Shown one piece after another: positions 33,791 through 44,684 of a stretch of DNA of 64,000 nucleotides (position 1 is the first letter of the stretch; each line of letters opens with the position of its first letter). The translations under genes were made by a program, and so were the position numbers. The notes under the pieces were generated by a model. The model made no database searches. It was not told where the DNA came from and was given only the letters and a program-made list of their open reading frames with translations. Source of the stretch: Bacteroidales bacterium (GTDB taxonomy: Bacteria; Bacteroidota; Bacteroidia; Bacteroidales; UBA3824); NCBI GenBank assembly GCA_045628165.1, contig JAZQPB010000156.1, positions 17,367 through 81,366 on the forward strand, read 5' to 3'.

Positions 33791-35249
33791 AAGCACCCAT
33801 GATCCAACATACCAGCAACGCTACCACGGTCAGGAACACCACTACCACAATGGAATATGTGATAATCTCGCGCTTGCGTTTCTTCTCGGAATAATAGGTC
33901 TCGCTGTCGCCATTAGCTCCGCCATACCTGTACTTGGGCACCACCTCCTCGAATTCGGGCTCCTTGATCCAGCCATGTATGGATAGAAGTATTATAAGCG
34001 CAAACAGCGATACGGCGATAATGATGCCGTGGAGCTCCGACATCAAGACCTCGGTGGGATGCGCAAGTCCGCTGCCGAAAAAATCCTTGAAGAATACGAT
34101 GGTGTAATACAATGCGCCTATCACGAAGCAAGGCTTGGCAAACTTGGAGGCGCGTTTCATGATGTTGGCGCTGTACAGTCCGGCCTTCTCCCTGGGCTTG
34201 CCATCCAGCCCCGTCACCATCTTGTAGAAGAGCGGATGCTGCGGCCTGTACTGTGGAAACTCGTGCAAAACCCTGGCAAGGGCGCCATCATTCCTGCGCT
34301 TGAGGAATCCGTGGGTAGACTTTTGGAAATTCTTGTTGCGTCCGCAGGCCACGCGTCCGGTCTGCCCGTTTACCACGCACCAGGTATACTTGTCGATATT
34401 GAATATATACATGGGCAGATACACGGTATTGGTAATAAGCATCTGGCCCTCCTCCCTGGTATCGCCTGATGAGCTCATAACCATGGGCCGGTCGCCCACA
34501 TGAAACATCTTGCTGATATATGGCTGATACTGCTGTGATACCTCCTCCGCTATCCTGCGGTTGAGCTCCTCGGTCTCGATATCGGGCATCAGGGCCTTGT
34601 GGCCTGCCATGTAGCTGAAATCGAAAGGCACAAGATCGGATGTGTTGAAAGGCTCGGCGGCATCGAGCACGAGATTGGGCGCATTGCCCGACTGGCTTAT
34701 GAATATTCCGTCGAGGTATCCGCCGCAGGTGTACTTGCGGTCGTAGGCCAGAAAATCGAGGCGCAATGGTCCGCTCACCATCTTGAACGGCATGTAATAT
34801 CCTTCGAGATTGTCGCGGACTTTTTTTATTTTGACAGCTTTCTGGGGAACATTCCAGTTGCGCTCGGCCCAGGCGGCGAATATATTTACGGCCTCGTCGC
34901 GAGTGATATAGAACGGTATCACAGCCTGAGGAAACTGCGCATCCGAAAAATGCGACTTGGTGACCGATGTGCCGCAAAAGCTGCAGGTTTTCATAAGCTC
35001 GTTGCCGGCCAGCATCACGCTGGCGCCGCAGCTGCGGCACTTGTATAGCGAGTGGGCGCTGCCCGACCTAGTAAGCCTTATCTTCTGCTCGGCGTCGAAA
35101 GCCTCGTTGAGCTTCCTTGCTTTTTCGGTGACCTCGGCGGCCGGCATATCGCATCCGCACGAGGCGCAGTGATAGTTCTGTGTGAGGATGTCGAACCTGA
35201 GCGGACTTCCGCACTGCGAGCATTTTATCGAAAATATGTTTTGCTGCAT
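33783..35249 (-). CDS. Double-zinc-ribbon membrane protein, uncharacterised family (paralogue 2)
   Basis: Ribbons CSQCG..CASCG and CRSCG..CSFCG, then a central domain ending in LPMYIF...VVNGQTGRVA. Three C-terminal TM helices. Confidence 0.75.
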   Translation of the reverse strand: MQQNIFSIKCSQCGSPLRFDILTQNYHCASCGCDMPAAEVTEKARKLNEAFDAEQKIRLTRSGSAHSLYKCRSCGASVMLAGNELMKTCSFCGTSVTKSHFSDAQFPQAVIPFYITRDEAVNIFAAWAERNWNVPQKAVKIKKVRDNLEGYYMPFKMVSGPLRLDFLAYDRKYTCGGYLDGIFISQSGNAPNLVLDAAEPFNTSDLVPFDFSYMAGHKALMPDIETEELNRRIAEEVSQQYQPYISKMFHVGDRPMVMSSSGDTREEGQMLITNTVYLPMYIFNIDKYTWCVVNGQTGRVACGRNKNFQKSTHGFLKRRNDGALARVLHEFPQYRPQHPLFYKMVTGLDGKPREKAGLYSANIMKRASKFAKPCFVIGALYYTIVFFKDFFGSGLAHPTEVLMSELHGIIIAVSLFALIILLSIHGWIKEPEFEEVVPKYRYGGANGDSETYYSEKKRKREIITYSIVVVVFLTVVALLVCWIMGAFS

Positions 35250-35264
35250 ATTGTTATATTTTTT

Positions 35265-37097
35265 TCAGTCGTTGCAACGCAATTTGTAGTTATGGAGAAA
35301 AATTCTGCCCTTTTCGTCGGAACTGTCGATGGGACTCAGAGTTTTTCCCCGTTTCCTTACGAGCGGATTGCCGGGGTCGAGTTTTAGTCCCGGTGCTATC
35401 ACCACACGCCAACGGGAGTTTCGGTAATCGTCGGTGGCAATATTGCGGCATGCATATACATCGCCATCAGCTGGCACCTCGCCCAATGTCTGATATGTGA
35501 GCTCGCGGATACTGCCGTCGATATCGCGGAATTTGAGAGTAATCACCTTAAGCTCTGTTCCTGAAACCGAAATCTCATCCACCATGAATGCCACGCCGTA
35601 ATTGAAGTCGGTGGATTCGGTACGGACTGATGCGACGTTTCCAGTTCCGGTGCGCCTGGGCTCGGGCTCGCAATCGTAGCCGTTGCGGTAATAGGATATC
35701 CACAATCCCACAATCAGAATCAGGATGGCGAGCAATACTATTATTATCAGCTCATTTACGGTGCGCACACGTTTCTCGCTGGATTTCTGCAGCCAGTATA
35801 CCTCGTCGTCGTTGCCCGATCCGCCGTTCTTGTATTTGGGATACACTTCCCTGAATGTAACTCCGTATTCATGATTGCAGAAAAGGTATACAATTACAAA
35901 CGCGAGTGTAATTGTAAATGTGAAGAAGAGCATGGGCAATCCGCTGAGATCCACCGCCACACCCACCAATGCACTCAACAACCAAACCATAGGGCACAAC
36001 CCAAAGAGCAAAAGCTGCAGCTTGACGTCCTGCCTCTCCTCGTATACACCCGGCACCTCCCTGGTTTCTCCACTGCGGTCGGTCTGGGTCTCATAGAAGA
36101 GCGGTTTCTTGGGTTTGTATTTCGGGAACTCGTGAAGCTCGCGGATAAGAGTGCCGTCGTGGGCGCGGGCGAGAAATCCGTGTGTAGATTTATGCACATC
36201 GAATGGCTTGCCGTATGCCACCCGGCCTGTCTGACCATTAACTACCAGCAGCCTATCTCCCACCCTGAGCACATACATTGGCAAATATACAGTATTGGAG
36301 AGGATGTTTTCCATAAAGCTTCCGCCCATAGAGCTGAAAACCACGCTCCTATCGAACAGGGCCTCGCTTACATCGGCGCGGTAAACCTCCGAAACCTCGC
36401 TCAGGATCCTAAGTTTCATATCGCTGCCGCTGATGTTGGGAATCAGCGCCTTGTGACCTGCCACGAAAGAAAAATCGAACTCCACGAGATCTGTAATGTC
36501 GAAAGGCTCGGCGGCATCGAGCACCTCGTTGCTCAGATTATGATTCTGGCTCACAAAAATACCTTCCAGATAGCCTCCGCATTTGTATTGTCCCCTCGAC
36601 GAGGATACATCGAGCCTCAGCGGGCCTCTCAGCATCTCGAATGGGAGATAATATCCCACAAGGCCGTCCACACCGCGCTTTACCGCATCGATATCCGGAA
36701 GTGCGGGATTATCAGCTGACCACTTCCTGACTATATCCACGGCCTCGTGCCGGGTGATGAAGAAGGGAATAATTCCCTGCGGAAATTCGGCGGCATGGAA
36801 ATCTGACTTGGTAATGCTTGTGCCGCAAAAGTCGCATTGCGAAACCAGCTCATTATCAGCCATCATCACATTGGCGCCGCAACTTCTGCATGAATACACC
36901 TGCTGGGTGTTTCGGCTGCGGGTAAGCCTCACAACGTGTTCCTCGTTGAACTTTTCATTAAGCTCCCTGGCAGACTTGGTAACCTCGGCGGCCGGCATAT
37001 TGCATCCGCACGCAGAACAGTGATAGTTCTGAGTGAGGATATTGAATTCCACCGGGCTTCCGCACTGCGAGCAGCGGATGGCAAAAACATCGTTCAT
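35265..37097 (-). CDS. Double-zinc-ribbon membrane protein, uncharacterised family (paralogue 3, with extra C-terminal domain)
   Basis: Same layout and by eye more than half of residues identical to paralogue 2 over the N-terminal about 130 aa. TM helices, plus about 150 extra C-terminal residues. Confidence 0.75.
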   Translation of the reverse strand: MNDVFAIRCSQCGSPVEFNILTQNYHCSACGCNMPAAEVTKSARELNEKFNEEHVVRLTRSRNTQQVYSCRSCGANVMMADNELVSQCDFCGTSITKSDFHAAEFPQGIIPFFITRHEAVDIVRKWSADNPALPDIDAVKRGVDGLVGYYLPFEMLRGPLRLDVSSSRGQYKCGGYLEGIFVSQNHNLSNEVLDAAEPFDITDLVEFDFSFVAGHKALIPNISGSDMKLRILSEVSEVYRADVSEALFDRSVVFSSMGGSFMENILSNTVYLPMYVLRVGDRLLVVNGQTGRVAYGKPFDVHKSTHGFLARAHDGTLIRELHEFPKYKPKKPLFYETQTDRSGETREVPGVYEERQDVKLQLLLFGLCPMVWLLSALVGVAVDLSGLPMLFFTFTITLAFVIVYLFCNHEYGVTFREVYPKYKNGGSGNDDEVYWLQKSSEKRVRTVNELIIIVLLAILILIVGLWISYYRNGYDCEPEPRRTGTGNVASVRTESTDFNYGVAFMVDEISVSGTELKVITLKFRDIDGSIRELTYQTLGEVPADGDVYACRNIATDDYRNSRWRVVIAPGLKLDPGNPLVRKRGKTLSPIDSSDEKGRIFLHNYKLRCND

Positions 37098-37150
37098 AAT
37101 AGTTCACTTCAATTATTTCAACACTTCAATCACTTCAACACTTCAATCAC

Positions 37151-40100
37151 TTAATCCAGACTCATGCTCACCGTAAAGCCGAACTTGATGTGGGATGTGC
37201 GGTAGGCGGTGGATATCAGCGGATTTGTGATGGCGTGGTTGTAATAGAATCTCACCTTGAATCGCTCCGATACCTGATAATCAGCTGTAGTCTTCAGGGA
37301 GAAGCTTCTCTGTCCGGCCGAGATCTCGTTGTAGAGTTCCTCTATCTCGCGGAGTATGGTCTTGTCGTTGTTGATAACGAAATCGCAGCGGAGGTCGAGG
37401 TCGCTCTTGGTGCGCTTGCTTCCGCTGGCGGTCTTGATGGCAAAGGGCAGCTGTGCAAACTTGTAGCCAAGGCCTATCACCCACTCCCTCTTGTATGCCT
37501 CGGATATCTGCGAATTGGCAAACGACAATGTGATGAGCCTCTGCCGGCGGTATTCCAGCTTGGTGCTCAGCATGTTGATCCACGATACATCCAGGCCGAA
37601 GAGAGGATTGAACCGCTCCTCGAGGGTTACCGAGCCTATCTCGTATTTCGGGATAAAGAGGTTGCTGGCGTCGTATCGCTCGAAACTGCTGCCGAACTCC
37701 CGCTCGTCGTCAAACGAGTAGTTGGCGTTGGTCTTGTAGTTGCTCACCGAATATGTGCTCTGATACTGATGTGTGAGCAATGCCGAGCGCACTGAGCTTT
37801 TGAGCATCGGAATGTTGGAAAGGCCCTTGTATTTGAGGCTCCAGTTTGGCAACGGCATCTTCGGGAATGGCGATGTTGAGACTTTTTCAGCTGATGTTCC
37901 TGCGTATGCGGCCAGGAATGCCGGCAGCAATACGTCCTGATGCGTGGCCGAATATCCGTCGGGGTAACCGCCGTTCAGTGGATTGCCGTCGGCATCCAGA
38001 CGCGGGGCTCCGGTGTATCCGCCCTGCCCAATTCTGCGGTCGGCCTGGCGATGTGCCACCACCTCGCGGGCTTTCAGAAATTCGTTGTAGGTATCCAGCG
38101 AATAGTCGTCGCCCACCTTGTGGAATGCTGTGCGCAGCATATTGTAGCTCATGCGGAAGTTTCCGCTCTGGATCTTGTTGGTGGACTGGTATCCGTCGCC
38201 CATCCAGTAATAGAAGTCCTCGGTGTTCATGAGCATTGTGCGGTCCAGGCTTACATCCACTCTGAATGTGTTGATAGGCTCCACAGAGATGCGGACTCCA
38301 AAGTTATTGCCCCGTGTGTATTTTACCGGGTCGGCAATGGTGGTGTCCTTAACGAGCCATCCCCTGTCGGATGCCATCTCGTGGAAGTTTTCGCCATTAG
38401 CTGCAAAAATATAACCAAAACCTGGGGCCCAGTATCCTCCGTTCTGCTCCATGCCCAAAAATCTGCTGTTGGGGTCGAAGCCCGGGAGCGTGTTGGCACG
38501 CTGGTTTTTGTATGACACGGATGCGCTGCGGATGCTGAGCAGGGCCATGGTGAGGTAGTCGGAGGCCACGAGCAACGGACTGTCGCTCACTTCCTTCTTG
38601 CCGGTAATGATGACTGTGCATCCCACGATATCTTCGGCGGTTGTGAATTTTATCCTGTTCTTATCCACGATGTCCACGTCGCCCTTCACCTCGTTGCCGT
38701 CGATATCGGTAACGGAGACCGTAACATCGGATGTGCCGAGATTGTGGCTGATGCTGCGCGGTGTGCCGCCGTTGAAACGGATTCCGGATTTGGTATAGCG
38801 GACCTCTTTCTTGTCGTGGTTGGCCTTCTTGCGGCCGTCCTTGCCGAAACGGCCCATCACATTCTTGAAGTAGGGAATGTTCTTGTAGAGCCGCTCGAAG
38901 TTGAGCGATCCGTTAAGTGTGAGGATGCCGGAATTGTTGATGATGTTGCCGTGGTCTATGGTCATTACATCTGATGACATTCCCGATGCCACCTGCAGAG
39001 GGTCGATACCGCGGTTCCACTCATAGTCGGCATTGTAGATGGCGTTAAGCGATGTCCAGCCGAGGCCCGGAATCTTGTTGACAGGTGTCTGCCAGTTGAG
39101 CTTGATGTTCTGGGTGTAGCGTGTATTGTATCCGAGGTCGAAGTAGCGCATGAAGATGGTGTCGCGGTCGCGGGCCTTCTCGGTTGCGTAGTTGTCGATC
39201 TTGCCGTCGGGGTTTACACGGCTCTCGTTATTAGCTGAAAAATCGAGCTTGAGATTCTGCGAGAGCTTGTAGCGGAGCTCGTAGCGGCGGGTCCAGTTGA
39301 AGTCCTTCCGGTATGTGGGATCGAGGTAAGTATCGTTGGCGTTCACGTTTCGGTATTGTATCTGCGAATAGTTGCGGTCTATGTTTCCATTGAAGGCTAT
39401 CATAGTGGGCAGCAGATAGAAATTGAAATCGCGGATAATGGCGAGATACTTGTTTTTGAGGAAGCCGATCCTGCTGAACGGCTTGTAGTTTTTGGGATTG
39501 TAGGTGTAGTTGTATTCCAGAGTAGACTGCAATATCTTCTCGAGCTGGCTCTGCACTGTGATGTCGTGCATGTAATATTCGCTGTAGGCCATTCCCGCCG
39601 TAAAGTTGGATATGTGGTAGAACGGCTTCTGCTTGGCCTTTGGCTCCTCGAGCTTTATCTCCGAAGGGTCCTTGTCGGGATTCTGGCGGATGGCTTTCTG
39701 GAGGCGCGCGTTCTGCTTGGCCTCGTCGCTGCGGCCCTCCATGTGTACATTGGTGAGGTTTAGGCTCTTGCGGCGCTCGTATGTTATTGAGCGGTCGCGC
39801 ACTTCGTCTTTCTCCTCTTTGCTCAGTAATGGATCCTTGAGAGTGGTGTTAAGCTCGATATCCGGATCCAGCGGATTGTATTTGGGAAGCTCGTAGCTCT
39901 CTGAGTATCCGTAATAGAATGGCATTCGCACGTTGTAGTCGCTGTTGAAGAATTTGCCCAGCTGAACCAGGGTATTCACATCGTACTGATATACAGTTTC
40001 CTGATGGCGCTCCTGCACACGCTTCTCTATGCTGCCGAATCCCGGAGTGTGCATGTATCCGGTCATGGTGACAGTGGCGAGGTCGGCCAGCTGAAGCTCT

Positions 40101-43100
40101 GCCTTTCCGCGGGCCGCCCATCCGCCCTGCTCGTCAAAATCGGTGAGTCTCAGCTCGTTAACCCAGATTTCAGCTGACTTGGGCATTCCATCGTCTTCCA
40201 TCACATTGGACGACTGGGCCGGATTTCTTACACCAATCATTATGGTGCGTATATTGCTCACATTGGGATTTCCCATTATCGTGATACGGCTGCCGTCGCC
40301 GTTCTCCATTGTAAACGGCATGGTGACAGCCACATTGTGACCAAGCTCTCGGGCGGCATTGTTGCGCTGCTGTTTTACGAGCTGAAGCTGCTCGAATATT
40401 ATCTCCACATTGTTTTGCAGAGGCCATACAGCCAGGCGTCCGTTGTCGTCGTCGGCATAGTAGCCCTCGGGAGTCACGGATATAGGCATCTCGTATTCGT
40501 AGTAGTTTTCCTTGTAGTCGCTGCCCAGGCGCACAAAGATGTGGAGGTCGTCGTCGTTCAGGATTTCGCCTGCCTTCTCCTCGGCGTGCACATACATCTT
40601 GAGCTTGCGGTACTGCCGGAGGTCGAGCATGGCGGTCTTGTATGCGGCCACGGCCTGTCCGTCGGGAAGGTTGGTTACATGGAGCGCCATTGCCTTCTCG
40701 TCCTGCTCCACTATCTGATTGGTCATGTAGTCGCGCTCGCGCTCTATGCCCGGAGGCAGCAGATAGTTAACAGGCTGTTTGCTTCCGTTCTCCTCCAGGC
40801 CCACGTTGGTGATGTCGAGGATTCCCTGGTCGAACTGGGTATCGGTTACAAACTCTCCGGCCTCGGTCATGGTGGCGTTGTATTTTCGCCAGTCGCCTCG
40901 CACAAGGTTCATCTCGGCAAAACGGAGTATTATGTTTTTCTGCGCATTGGTAAGGTACATACGCAAGAACCTTATCGACTTGAAGTCGGAGATTGCACCC
41001 ACTGTGCTATCAGGCTCGTATACAGGTACTTTGAACTGATACCATTTAACCACTTCCTGCTCGCCGTTTACGGTTTTCACATTGCTCTCCACGATATCGG
41101 TGATGTAGTTGGAACCTATTCTCATATCAGCTGGGCTCAGGTGAACCTTGTACTGATAGTACGATTCGGTCTCGGAGAGAGTGTTGTCGAGGTTGATATC
41201 CTCCACGTCGGGATAGCGGTCCTTTATGGTGGAGTAGCTGGAGCTGCCGCCGAGGTCGGAAGAGTTGCCCTCCGATCCGTTGTAATGCTTGTACCTCTCC
41301 TCTATCGAGAGACGCTGCTCGTCGTAGTCGGATCCGCGGAAATAGTGGTAGTTGTCAGCTGAAGGGTCATTGTATGCCTGCTGATAAGCCTCCGAATCTG
41401 TGCCGTACATCCTGGCGATGCGGTCCAGATATTTCTGGTGGAAGATACGCTCCTCATCGTCGTCCAGACCGTCGAAACCCTTGTCCTGAGCCTCCTTGGC
41501 GCCGTTGGTGTTGTCGAAGGCGTTTACGAGGAATGTCTTGGTGGATACCACACCCCAGGCCGTGGTGTCTATGTAGCTCTCGTCCATGGGATACGGAATA
41601 CCGTTCTCGAATGATTTTCTGGAATCCTTGAGCACATCCTCGCTCACGTGTCCGAGGTTGAAGTAGAGGTCGGCGCCCATGCCTTCCTGCTCGTAGATGA
41701 AGGGGTCGAGCATCCAGAATTCGAGATACTCGATGTTTGAGGTCTCGAAATCGGTGGTTGTAAGCTCCCTCATTATACCGCCCCATCTGCTGGAAGGATT
41801 ATTGAGCGTGCCATCGGCATTGATACCAGCTGATATGCCTGTCTCGCCCTCCACATCAAAGTTGTAAGGGCCTCGCTCCTGAGGATAGTATGCAAGATTA
41901 AGCACCGTAAGCTGAGTGCTTATACCGCTGATGGACTGCGCGTTTGGGAAAATCTCGCGCTCATATACGGCGCGTACGTAGTGGTTGCTCTGGTCGTCCT
42001 TGGTGATATGGCCCGGAGTAATTCCCGAACTTGAAATAGATGTGCCCTGGAGATCGCTCAAAACATTGTACCACGCCAGGAGCGAACGGTTGTATCCGTA
42101 GCGGAGGTCGTTGTTTAGCGATGCCTCGGCAAATCTCTTGGTGCCGCCCGGTGTGGATGCGAGCACCCATTTGGAGAGCGACTTTACGTCGATCTTGGTC
42201 TGCGCGCTCTCAAAATCATCTATGTAGCAAGTGCCGGCCTTATCCACGCTACGGCTGTGGCCCGGCAGAAGCTGTGCAAACTCGCCCTCGAGACTCAGCT
42301 TGCTGTCGGCCTTGGTGGATATCAGCGGAAGCTTGTCGATTAGGGTGGTGAGAAAGGGCAGCGGAGTAGAGTATCTGGTATCGAGTCCCCAGATGGTGTT
42401 TTTGATAGGCTCGCTGCCCACCGATACCTTGTTGGTCATGGTTTTCTCTGAAAGCCTCATCACGGTACCGCCGATGTTGAAATTGTCGCTGAACTGGTAA
42501 TTGAGGTGGGTTCCCATGAGCGACTTGGTGGTGCTGTTGAATGTAGTATTGCTCTCTACTGATACCAGTATCTTGTTGCCTCCCTGAAGGATAGACTCGT
42601 TGACAATCTTGACCGAGCCCAGCAGATAATCCACCACGTAGTCGGAGCCTTCGGTGAGGGTCATGCCTCCGCAGGTAACCTTTACGGAGCCTTCCTCTAT
42701 GTTCATGGCGTTCAGAGAGATCTCGCTACCCGAACTGCTCTTGTACGATCCTGTGATGTAGAATTTGTCTTTTTCGGCATTCTGCTTGGCCACGGTCTTG
42801 GTGCTGTCATACAGCTGAGGGAATGTGTATTTGGCGGCGGCCGATGGGTCGTTGATTCTCTCGGCCAGATAGTCGCCGAATGGTTCCAGCTGAGGGAGAT
42901 AGATTTTGGCCTTCTCGCTGTTTATCGTTACGCCTTCTATGAAATCGAATACACCATCAGGCATGCGCTCGAGCTTGGTATTTGCATTATCGAGGTTGAG
43001 CACCTTGATGAGCATCTTGCCGTCTATGTCGCCGGCCTCCAGATAGTTGAGGTCGGTGCCGGTCTTGTCGTTGCGGTATTTTATCTGAAGGCGGAAGTCC

Positions 43101-44680
43101 TCGCTCTGCACCTGGTAGGCATTGAGCGAATACACGTTTTTCATCATGAGCTTCCAGTTGGGGAGCTTGGGCGAGAATGCCGTGCCGCGCAGAAGCTTCA
43201 GGATGAGTGTCTCCGATGTATTGATTTCGGTGGAAAACTCTCCTACTTTGTAGGTCTTGCCCTTGTATGTATATTCGTATGCCACGGCCAGCACCTCGTC
43301 GTCCTGCAGTGAAGTATTTAGCGATATGAAACCGAGCTGAGGATTCAGCGTGTATTCCGACTGCGAGAGCATTCTTGCGTTTCCAATCTTCTCGTAGTCG
43401 GTGCCGGTCTCAAAACGTCCGTTCAGTGTGCTTGTTACAGAGTTGATGTCGCGGATGGCCTTGTAGCTGTTGGTAATGAGGGCGTAGAGAGAATTTGCGC
43501 CATTAGCTGGAAAATCCCCTACCGACTTCTTGACGGCCGACTGATTGTATATCATATCAGGCTCGCCCAGGTCGAGAAATGCCACCGAGTTTCTGGAATT
43601 GTCGGTGGAGAGTTTTGTGTTGGTAACCCAGACTTCTATCTTGGTGATATTGATGCCCGATGTAATGGTGGGCAGATTCTGGAGCGCGGTCTCGTAATTG
43701 TTGCGGAAGTAGTGGTTTAGGAAGAAGTGGCGGTTGGCCTCATAATCAGATGCTTGTATCGAGAATTCCTGCTGAACCGCTCCGGCGTTTACCTCTATGG
43801 TTTTGGTTTCGCCCTTCTGCTGCGAGAGTACAGCTGATGCGGTAAGCCGCCCGAACTTGAGGTCGGTTTTTACTCCGAAGAGCGTGGTGCTTCCCTGTAT
43901 GAGTGTGCCGTTGAGCGGCATGGATACGTTTCCGAACTCTATGCGCTGGATAATCTCGTCGCTGTGGCCTATGTACTCCACCTTCTGGTCGTTCTCGAAT
44001 TCGAATGTGGACTCGGTGTTGTAGTTGAGGCCCACTTTCATCTTGTCGCCTATGGTGCCCGTTACGCCCACCTGGAGTTTCATGTCGAAATCGAACGATA
44101 CGTCGTTGCGCTGTTTCTTGGGCAGGGTAAAGTTGTCTACCTTGCTGATATCCACACCCATAGACACCTCCACGTTTCCCTGCGGCTTGATGTCGATTAC
44201 GTTGCTGCCAAACACGCGGTCGAAACCCTGGAGATTAACATTGATACGCGGATTCAGGTATCTGCTGAGCCCCGACTGATTGTTCTTGTCGCTGAGAGTG
44301 TAGAGGTCCATCATCTGACGGCGCCAGTATTCCCTGAGCTCGGTGCGGCTCTGCACCGAGTCGTGCTCACGGGCTGATATCAGCTGAGGTCTCGAAATCT
44401 CCAGATCGCCCACCTTGCGCACAGTGGTGTACTGGCCTGATGCGTTGTCGTATCTGGTCTCGGTGGTTATATTGTCAGGGTCTTTGAGCTGAACAGGGAA
44501 ATGCCTGCGCTCCCTGTTGGTGGGGATACCTGAATCGGACTCAACTCTTGGTTTCGCCATCAGCTCCCTATACGGCACAGCATTATCGGAGTCGGAGCTG
44601 CGGGCTCCCGACGAGAAAAACGAAGACGCAATAATAGCGAATGTTCCTGCGAAACCTATAGTTCGGGTAAATTTTTTCAT
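37151..44680 (-). CDS. sprA: T9SS translocon SprA/Sov
   Basis: 2509-aa signal-peptide-bearing beta-rich protein immediately downstream of ruvA. Both the size and the ruvA-sprA synteny are characteristic of SprA/Sov. Confidence 0.85.
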   Translation of the reverse strand: MKKFTRTIGFAGTFAIIASSFFSSGARSSDSDNAVPYRELMAKPRVESDSGIPTNRERRHFPVQLKDPDNITTETRYDNASGQYTTVRKVGDLEISRPQLISAREHDSVQSRTELREYWRRQMMDLYTLSDKNNQSGLSRYLNPRINVNLQGFDRVFGSNVIDIKPQGNVEVSMGVDISKVDNFTLPKKQRNDVSFDFDMKLQVGVTGTIGDKMKVGLNYNTESTFEFENDQKVEYIGHSDEIIQRIEFGNVSMPLNGTLIQGSTTLFGVKTDLKFGRLTASAVLSQQKGETKTIEVNAGAVQQEFSIQASDYEANRHFFLNHYFRNNYETALQNLPTITSGINITKIEVWVTNTKLSTDNSRNSVAFLDLGEPDMIYNQSAVKKSVGDFPANGANSLYALITNSYKAIRDINSVTSTLNGRFETGTDYEKIGNARMLSQSEYTLNPQLGFISLNTSLQDDEVLAVAYEYTYKGKTYKVGEFSTEINTSETLILKLLRGTAFSPKLPNWKLMMKNVYSLNAYQVQSEDFRLQIKYRNDKTGTDLNYLEAGDIDGKMLIKVLNLDNANTKLERMPDGVFDFIEGVTINSEKAKIYLPQLEPFGDYLAERINDPSAAAKYTFPQLYDSTKTVAKQNAEKDKFYITGSYKSSSGSEISLNAMNIEEGSVKVTCGGMTLTEGSDYVVDYLLGSVKIVNESILQGGNKILVSVESNTTFNSTTKSLMGTHLNYQFSDNFNIGGTVMRLSEKTMTNKVSVGSEPIKNTIWGLDTRYSTPLPFLTTLIDKLPLISTKADSKLSLEGEFAQLLPGHSRSVDKAGTCYIDDFESAQTKIDVKSLSKWVLASTPGGTKRFAEASLNNDLRYGYNRSLLAWYNVLSDLQGTSISSSGITPGHITKDDQSNHYVRAVYEREIFPNAQSISGISTQLTVLNLAYYPQERGPYNFDVEGETGISAGINADGTLNNPSSRWGGIMRELTTTDFETSNIEYLEFWMLDPFIYEQEGMGADLYFNLGHVSEDVLKDSRKSFENGIPYPMDESYIDTTAWGVVSTKTFLVNAFDNTNGAKEAQDKGFDGLDDDEERIFHQKYLDRIARMYGTDSEAYQQAYNDPSADNYHYFRGSDYDEQRLSIEERYKHYNGSEGNSSDLGGSSSYSTIKDRYPDVEDINLDNTLSETESYYQYKVHLSPADMRIGSNYITDIVESNVKTVNGEQEVVKWYQFKVPVYEPDSTVGAISDFKSIRFLRMYLTNAQKNIILRFAEMNLVRGDWRKYNATMTEAGEFVTDTQFDQGILDITNVGLEENGSKQPVNYLLPPGIERERDYMTNQIVEQDEKAMALHVTNLPDGQAVAAYKTAMLDLRQYRKLKMYVHAEEKAGEILNDDDLHIFVRLGSDYKENYYEYEMPISVTPEGYYADDDNGRLAVWPLQNNVEIIFEQLQLVKQQRNNAARELGHNVAVTMPFTMENGDGSRITIMGNPNVSNIRTIMIGVRNPAQSSNVMEDDGMPKSAEIWVNELRLTDFDEQGGWAARGKAELQLADLATVTMTGYMHTPGFGSIEKRVQERHQETVYQYDVNTLVQLGKFFNSDYNVRMPFYYGYSESYELPKYNPLDPDIELNTTLKDPLLSKEEKDEVRDRSITYERRKSLNLTNVHMEGRSDEAKQNARLQKAIRQNPDKDPSEIKLEEPKAKQKPFYHISNFTAGMAYSEYYMHDITVQSQLEKILQSTLEYNYTYNPKNYKPFSRIGFLKNKYLAIIRDFNFYLLPTMIAFNGNIDRNYSQIQYRNVNANDTYLDPTYRKDFNWTRRYELRYKLSQNLKLDFSANNESRVNPDGKIDNYATEKARDRDTIFMRYFDLGYNTRYTQNIKLNWQTPVNKIPGLGWTSLNAIYNADYEWNRGIDPLQVASGMSSDVMTIDHGNIINNSGILTLNGSLNFERLYKNIPYFKNVMGRFGKDGRKKANHDKKEVRYTKSGIRFNGGTPRSISHNLGTSDVTVSVTDIDGNEVKGDVDIVDKNRIKFTTAEDIVGCTVIITGKKEVSDSPLLVASDYLTMALLSIRSASVSYKNQRANTLPGFDPNSRFLGMEQNGGYWAPGFGYIFAANGENFHEMASDRGWLVKDTTIADPVKYTRGNNFGVRISVEPINTFRVDVSLDRTMLMNTEDFYYWMGDGYQSTNKIQSGNFRMSYNMLRTAFHKVGDDYSLDTYNEFLKAREVVAHRQADRRIGQGGYTGAPRLDADGNPLNGGYPDGYSATHQDVLLPAFLAAYAGTSAEKVSTSPFPKMPLPNWSLKYKGLSNIPMLKSSVRSALLTHQYQSTYSVSNYKTNANYSFDDEREFGSSFERYDASNLFIPKYEIGSVTLEERFNPLFGLDVSWINMLSTKLEYRRQRLITLSFANSQISEAYKREWVIGLGYKFAQLPFAIKTASGSKRTKSDLDLRCDFVINNDKTILREIEELYNEISAGQRSFSLKTTADYQVSERFKVRFYYNHAITNPLISTAYRTSHIKFGFTVSMSLD

Positions 44681-44684
44681 GTGG

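Noticed and set aside
40337-41362. 341-aa plus-strand ORF, plus many shorter ORFs across 37.2-44.7 kb
   Set aside because: All lie inside the 7.5-kb sprA reading frame on the other strand or in other frames.
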